Below are positions 59,199 to 64,000 of a DNA stretch of 64,000 bases, piece after piece. Under the pieces are notes generated by a model. That model was not told the origin of the DNA and did no database searches. It saw only the letters and a list, made by a program, of their open reading frames with translations. The position numbers and the translations under genes are program-made. The number at the start of each line of letters is the position of its first letter. Position 1 is the stretch's first letter. The stretch comes from an uncultured Candidatus Rokubacteria bacterium (GTDB lineage: Bacteria; Methylomirabilota; Methylomirabilia; Rokubacteriales; DASRDR01): positions 1,760,001-1,824,000 of the forward strand of contig CAWDVE010000010.1 of the NCBI GenBank assembly GCA_963805625.1. The letters are read 5' to 3'.

Positions 59199-59957
59199 GT
59201 GAGCTCCTCGCCACCGCCCTCGCAGGTGCGCTTCATCGACCGGGGCGGAGGCGCCCGGCTCGCCTACGTCGCCCAGCCGGGTGCCGGCCCGACGGTGGTC
59301 TTCCTGGGCGGCTACGCGTCCGACATGACGGGCACCAAAGCGCGCTACCTGGAGGGCTGGTGCGGCGCCCGCGGCCAGGCCTTCCTCCGGTTCGATTATC
59401 AGGGCCACGGGCTGTCCTCGGGGCGGCTGGGCGACGGCACGATCAGCGCGTGGCGGAACGACGCGCTCGCAGTTCTCCAGGAGTGCGTCAGCAGCCCGGC
59501 ACTCCTCGTGGGCTCCAGCATGGGCGCATGGGTCATGCTGCTGGCAGCGCTCGCGGTACCGGAGCGCATCCACGCGCTCGTCGGCGTCGCCGCGGCGCCC
59601 GACTTCACCGAGGATCTCCTCTGGGCGAGGCTCGACGACGAGCGGCGCGCCGCCCTCCGGCGGGACGGCGTCATCCACCTCCCGTCCAGCTATGGCGAGC
59701 CCCTTCCCTTCACCTGGCGCCTGGTGGAGGATGGGCGGCGCTACCTCGTCCTTCGCGCGCCCCTCTCCCTGCCCCACCCGGTCCGCCTGCTCCACGGCAC
59801 CCGGGACCTCGACGTGCCGTGGGAGACCTCCATGCGCCTGGTCGAGGCAATCCAGGGCCGGGACGTCACGCTGACGCTGGTGAAGGACGGCGAGCATCGC
59901 CTATCGGAGCCTCACGAGCTCGCGCTGCTCGGTGCCGCCGTTGCAAGCCTGCTCTGA
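59199..59957 (+). CDS. Alpha/beta hydrolase
   Basis: SDMTGTKA, FDYQGHG, GSSMG, GEHRLS. Confidence 0.88.
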   Translation: MSSSPPPSQVRFIDRGGGARLAYVAQPGAGPTVVFLGGYASDMTGTKARYLEGWCGARGQAFLRFDYQGHGLSSGRLGDGTISAWRNDALAVLQECVSSPALLVGSSMGAWVMLLAALAVPERIHALVGVAAAPDFTEDLLWARLDDERRAALRRDGVIHLPSSYGEPLPFTWRLVEDGRRYLVLRAPLSLPHPVRLLHGTRDLDVPWETSMRLVEAIQGRDVTLTLVKDGEHRLSEPHELALLGAAVASLL

Positions 59958-59960
59958 CCG

Positions 59961-60722
59961 GTGACCACGACAGACTTCCGGCCTCCGGCATCTCCGCCGT
60001 GTCTTCGCTTCGGAGAGGGGCGCGTGAGCCGCCCCCTCCAGAACCGCGTGACGCCGTTCGGCGACCTGATCGCCACGCCCGCGCGCGGCACGCTCATGGG
60101 GAATCGCGGCCGCCTCCATGATCCCGACCGGCGGGTCGTGCGGCGGATCGCCGGCGGCTACCGCGCCTGGGTCACGTGCCGGCTCGCGTTTCGCGGCCGG
60201 CACCGTGTGGTGATGGCCCCGAATCGTTACACGGAGCTGTTCTTCCTGGACGAGGCGACGGCGCTGGCGGCCGGCCACCGCCCGTGCGGGGAATGCCGCC
60301 AGGCGGACTTTCGCCGCTTCAAGACAGCCTGGCTCGTCGCGAACCGCGATCGGGGCCTCGGCCCGGACGTCCTCATCGGTGCGATCGACCGCGAGCTCCA
60401 TCGGGACCGGCTGGAGCCCGACGGGCGGCCGCGCTCTCACCTCGCGGAGGTCGACTCGCTCCCCGACGGGGTCTTCGTCGTCCTATCGGACCTCGTCACG
60501 GCACTGCTCGTCTGGCGAGGCGGCCTGGCTCCCTGGTCGCCGGCCGGATACGGAAGGCCTCGGCCGTCGCCTCGCGGCGAGCAGGTCAGGGTCCTGACGC
60601 CGCGCTCCACCGTGGCGGCGATCTCGGCCGGTTACATGCCCGGCGTGCATCCGGGTCTCGCCGACGGGAATGCGGCCGGCGCGCGGCTCCACGCGGCCGA
60701 GCGTCTCCGCCAGGCGGACTGA
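59961..60722 (+). CDS. Hypothetical protein with a Cys-rich Ada-like motif
   Basis: PLQNRVTPFG, GNRG, YTELFFLDEATALAAGHRPCGECR. Confidence 0.75.
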   Translation: MTTTDFRPPASPPCLRFGEGRVSRPLQNRVTPFGDLIATPARGTLMGNRGRLHDPDRRVVRRIAGGYRAWVTCRLAFRGRHRVVMAPNRYTELFFLDEATALAAGHRPCGECRQADFRRFKTAWLVANRDRGLGPDVLIGAIDRELHRDRLEPDGRPRSHLAEVDSLPDGVFVVLSDLVTALLVWRGGLAPWSPAGYGRPRPSPRGEQVRVLTPRSTVAAISAGYMPGVHPGLADGNAAGARLHAAERLRQAD

Positions 60723-60758
60723 GCGCTCGTCGAGGACCTCCCCGACTATTCGCCCTCG

Positions 60759-61493
60759 CTACGGGGATGGAGCCCGGTCGGCGCGCCAGATCCCCACGAC
60801 GGACTTTCCGATCCGAAATCCGAGCCACGGGTCGAGCCGGCGCGAGAGAGGAACCATCAGCCGGTCCCAGCGGGCGATGTCGCGCGCGGTTGGAAGGCTC
60901 CGCCGCAAGAGGAAACGATTTCCCGCCGAGGCCAGGAGGCCAACGCTGTCGAGGTAGCGCAAGACGAGGCGATGGAGCCCTGGAGGCACGACCTGCTCGA
61001 GCGACCGGCGCGTGTAGCGCCGATGGTGTCCGATCGCCCGGTCGAAGGGCGAGTAGAGCCACGCGTGGGCCGGCGCCAGGACGATCAGGACTCCTCCCGG
61101 TCTGAGCACGCGGGCTGCGGCGGCCAGCTCCACCGCGTCGTCATCGACGTGCTCCAGCACGTCGATGTAAAGAACCGCGTCGAAGCGCGCGTCCGGCGGG
61201 AGGGTGCGAACGGTGCCGGCGCGAGCCTGGCAGCAACGCGGGAACGCGCCGTCCGCCACGGCGGCCGCAAGGCGCGAGGCCATCGCCCGGTCGGGCTCGA
61301 GGCAGAGCCACGTGCGCTGGCGGCCGTCGCAGAGACAACGAGTCGTCGCGCCGAGACCCGCACCGACCTCCAGGACGTCGCCCGTCAGGTAGGGACGGAG
61401 GAGGCTCGCGAAATAGTCCTTCCAGTTCTCCGCGCGGGCGAAGAGCTCGAGCTCCTCTCCGGGGTACGGCTCGGCCCCCGACGGCCCAGTCAG
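60759..61493 (-). CDS. Class I SAM-dependent methyltransferase
   Basis: The frame extends upstream of the track start through YPGEELELF...VLEVGAGLG to a CTG overlapping the previous stop; DVLEH and GHHRRY motifs. Confidence 0.8.
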   Translation of the reverse strand: MTGPSGAEPYPGEELELFARAENWKDYFASLLRPYLTGDVLEVGAGLGATTRCLCDGRQRTWLCLEPDRAMASRLAAAVADGAFPRCCQARAGTVRTLPPDARFDAVLYIDVLEHVDDDAVELAAAARVLRPGGVLIVLAPAHAWLYSPFDRAIGHHRRYTRRSLEQVVPPGLHRLVLRYLDSVGLLASAGNRFLLRRSLPTARDIARWDRLMVPLSRRLDPWLGFRIGKSVVGIWRADRAPSP

Positions 61494-61720
61494 GGGTACA
61501 CTCGCGTCTCGCCCGCGACGTAGTCGGCGTAGTCCCGGCGCGGGATCACGGCCGAATAGCTCCGGCTATTCAGGGTGACGAAGATGAACACCAGGGAGAG
61601 GAGAACGGCCTGGAGAAGGATCGCCACCAGGAGCCCGACGACGGCCGACGCCCAGCCCGGGATGGCGAGGTCGGTCATGGCTCGGATGATGACGACGGTC
61701 ACGATGCCCCCGAAGTTGTG
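61490..61720 (-). pseudogene. C-terminal membrane fragment of a GT2 glycosyltransferase
   Basis: IRAMTDLAIPGWAS + TM; no catalytic N-terminus, and it begins right after the previous gene's stop. Confidence 0.55.
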
Positions 61721-61724
61721 AGTT

Positions 61725-63227
61725 CTACCGCCGTACATGGTACTGGTAGACCCCGGTGAACCCGAGCCGGTACTCCCGGCGCAGGGCCTCGTAGAAGCGG
61801 TCCGCTCCGGTCTGCCACCCGTACTTGGGCCGGCGGAGATCCTCGTCCCAAGGCAACACGATGACGTCGAAGTAGCCGTCCGCGATGGACGCAATGAAGG
61901 AGTCTATCGGGAGCTTGCCTTCTGCCCACAAGAGAGTGTAGAGGTACGGGTCACTCAAGTAGAGTGGTCTCCCCAGGTTGTAGGCGTAGTTCGCCGCGAA
62001 GTACGGCGGGAACAGGATTCGCTGCGTCGGCCCCTCGAGCGCCCCAATCTCCGTCCTGACCTGCCGGATGACTCGGTCCGTCAGCCCCATCTTCTCAGGG
62101 GTGACGTACGCAAAGCGATCCGCCGGGATACGGACGTGATCGATGACCACGAGCGCCAGGAAGGCCAGCAGCGCGAGCGCCAGGCCCAGTCTCGCCCTCG
62201 GCGATGCGAGCGGTCGATCGGCCCGCTCTACCAGATACGCGAGCAGGGCCAGCGTTGGCTCGAAGAAGTAGTTCAGGTCCGCTCCGCGCTTCCCGAGAGT
62301 CAGGGCGAGGACGGCGAAGGTCACTGGGACATACACGGTCAGCGGAGTGCTCGGAGCCCGAGGTGACGCGGCCGGCCGGATGAGCGCCCGAACCCAGACC
62401 GCGATTCCGAGGACGATGACGGCGGCGTAGGCCCACTGGCGCGCCATCTCCGTCGCGAAGGTGCTGTACTGGCCCCAGTCATACGACTGGGTCGGCGCGA
62501 CGAGCACACTCCACCAGAACCCCGCTCCCCACGCGAGGTGAGCGACAATGGCAGCGCTGCTCCCGATCAGACCCACCGTCGCGATGAAGGTCAGGCCCTT
62601 GGTCCAGCGTATATGCCAAAGATAGAGCGCGCCAGCGCCGGCCGCCGCGAAGTAACTCTGCTTCGTCAGTATGGCCAGCGCGGCGAGACCTGCGCTGGCC
62701 ACGATCGCGCCGCGGGAAGTGCGGCGGGACAGAATGAGAAGGGCACCCAGCGATAGAGCCAGTGCCAAGGGGTCCTGACGAGCGTACGCGATGTGCCGGG
62801 TGACTCCTGGGATGGCAAGGAAGAACGCGGCGGCCGCGGCCGCGAGGAGGCGGCCGGCGCGGGTGGACGGGATCAAGAGAAGCGCGCCGGCGGCGACGAA
62901 CATGGCACCGGCCGAGACGAGCCGCGGCAGCGTGAAGGGGCTGATCCCCGAAGGCGACGGGAGCGCGGCCACGAGGTAGTGATAGGCAGGCGTGTACATG
63001 AGCAAGTTGAACGGGGGTGCCGCGAACGTGCCTTCCGCGTACACGTTGACGCCGTGCTTGAGCAGCAGAATCGTGTTGACCGCCGGGTTTTCGAGGTTTT
63101 GATCGAACGAGGTCGCCAATCCTGTCGCGGTCACGGCGACGACCCGGGGAAGCGCCAGCGCGAGGACGCACGCGACCGTTGCCAGTCGCGCCGCCGAGAG
63201 AGTCAGCGCCGTTGTAGGCTCTCTCAC
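61725..63227 (-). CDS. Polytopic membrane protein, GT-C glycosyltransferase-like
   Basis: YTPAYHYL, PRLVS, ARQD, LTKQS, NYFFE; many TM segments. Confidence 0.65.
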   Translation of the reverse strand: MREPTTALTLSAARLATVACVLALALPRVVAVTATGLATSFDQNLENPAVNTILLLKHGVNVYAEGTFAAPPFNLLMYTPAYHYLVAALPSPSGISPFTLPRLVSAGAMFVAAGALLLIPSTRAGRLLAAAAAAFFLAIPGVTRHIAYARQDPLALALSLGALLILSRRTSRGAIVASAGLAALAILTKQSYFAAAGAGALYLWHIRWTKGLTFIATVGLIGSSAAIVAHLAWGAGFWWSVLVAPTQSYDWGQYSTFATEMARQWAYAAVIVLGIAVWVRALIRPAASPRAPSTPLTVYVPVTFAVLALTLGKRGADLNYFFEPTLALLAYLVERADRPLASPRARLGLALALLAFLALVVIDHVRIPADRFAYVTPEKMGLTDRVIRQVRTEIGALEGPTQRILFPPYFAANYAYNLGRPLYLSDPYLYTLLWAEGKLPIDSFIASIADGYFDVIVLPWDEDLRRPKYGWQTGADRFYEALRREYRLGFTGVYQYHVRR

Positions 63228-63330
63228 GCGCCCATTCTACGGAGAAGCCACTCCAACTCGGTCATTCTGCGGGCGCTGCCGTGACCGGAGCGCTCGGACG
63301 AGTCCGGTCCGGCGCAGTCGCGTGAACTCG

Positions 63331-64000
63331 CTACGGCGGGTGGGTTTCCAGCTCGTGCGGAGTGGCCGGGGACGGGACGCCATCTCCGTCGCCCGACGCA
63401 ACGCCATTGGCACCGGTAGGCCCGTTCCGCGTAGCGACCCCGTGGCCGGCGACAGCCGCGACAGGCGCCGAGCCGTCCGCCGCGCCGTGTATCGCGACCG
63501 CCGGCTGCTCGGCGCGGGCTCGAGGCCGCCAGCCGAAGAGTCGCACGAGGTCGTCGAGCACGAGATAGGCGACCGGGGTGACCAGGAGCGTCAGCAGGAG
63601 CGAGAGCGTCTGCCCGCCGATGACCACGACAGCGATGGCGCGCCGCTCCTCCGAGCCGGGGCCGGAGCCCATCCAGAGCGGCAGCATGCCCGCCACCAGC
63701 GTGAACGTCGTCATGAGGATGGGCCGCAGCCGGTTCCGGTTGCCCTGCAGGATCGCGGTCTGGCGATCGTGCCCGGCCTGACGGAGCGAGTTCATGTGGT
63801 CGATCTGGAGGATCGCGTTCTTCTTGACGACACCGAAGAGCACCAGGATCCCCAGGGCCGAGTAGAGGTTGATCGTGTTCCCGGTGTACCAGAGCGAGAA
63901 GAGCGCGAAGGGTATCGCCAGGGGCAGCGAGAGCAGAATGGTCAGAGGGTGGACGACACTCTCGAACTGAGACGCCAGGATCATGTACATGAAGATCACA
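63331..64000 (-). CDS. RND efflux permease (AcrB family), C-terminal part
   Basis: [32 protein letters not shown]. Confidence 0.92.
   Translation of the reverse strand, partial: VIFMYMILASQFESVVHPLTILLSLPLAIPFALFSLWYTGNTINLYSALGILVLFGVVKKNAILQIDHMNSLRQAGHDRQTAILQGNRNRLRPILMTTFTLVAGMLPLWMGSGPGSEERRAIAVVVIGGQTLSLLLTLLVTPVAYLVLDDLVRLFGWRPRARAEQPAVAIHGAADGSAPVAAVAGHGVATRNGPTGANGVASGDGDGVPSPATPHELETHPP

Overview
This is GC-rich bacterial DNA; the gene repertoire resembles Rokubacteria/Methylomirabilota, but that assignment is inference. The left half (1-32661) is an accessory region downstream of a minus-strand tRNA-Gly(CCC) at 32662-32736. The tRNA's 3' 45 bp recur three more times (1916, 7873, 19732), each with conserved flanking arm sequences. 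These copies divide the region into tandem cargo segments in which I find no site-specific integrase. Cargo includes a wHTH-STAND regulator module, an amide/ureide ABC uptake plus hydrolase cluster, vapBC, two hicBA copies with broken toxins, a seven-gene Qrc/ACIII-like respiratory complex, a DDE IS and a LysR-rhodanese pair. The right half looks like core chromosome. It holds a nucleotidyltransferase, ABC systems bracketed by REP-like palindromes, an AlkZ-like/KaiC-like/lexA cluster, a TatB with an Ada-type metal-binding tail, ctaG/tlpA and oxidoreductases. It also holds an operon led by a radical SAM gene with an in-frame UGA (C-U-A-E-P) and a SECIS-like hairpin, followed by NifU, ATP-grasp and 2-hydroxyacid dehydrogenase genes. 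All calls come from reading motifs by eye; no searches were run.
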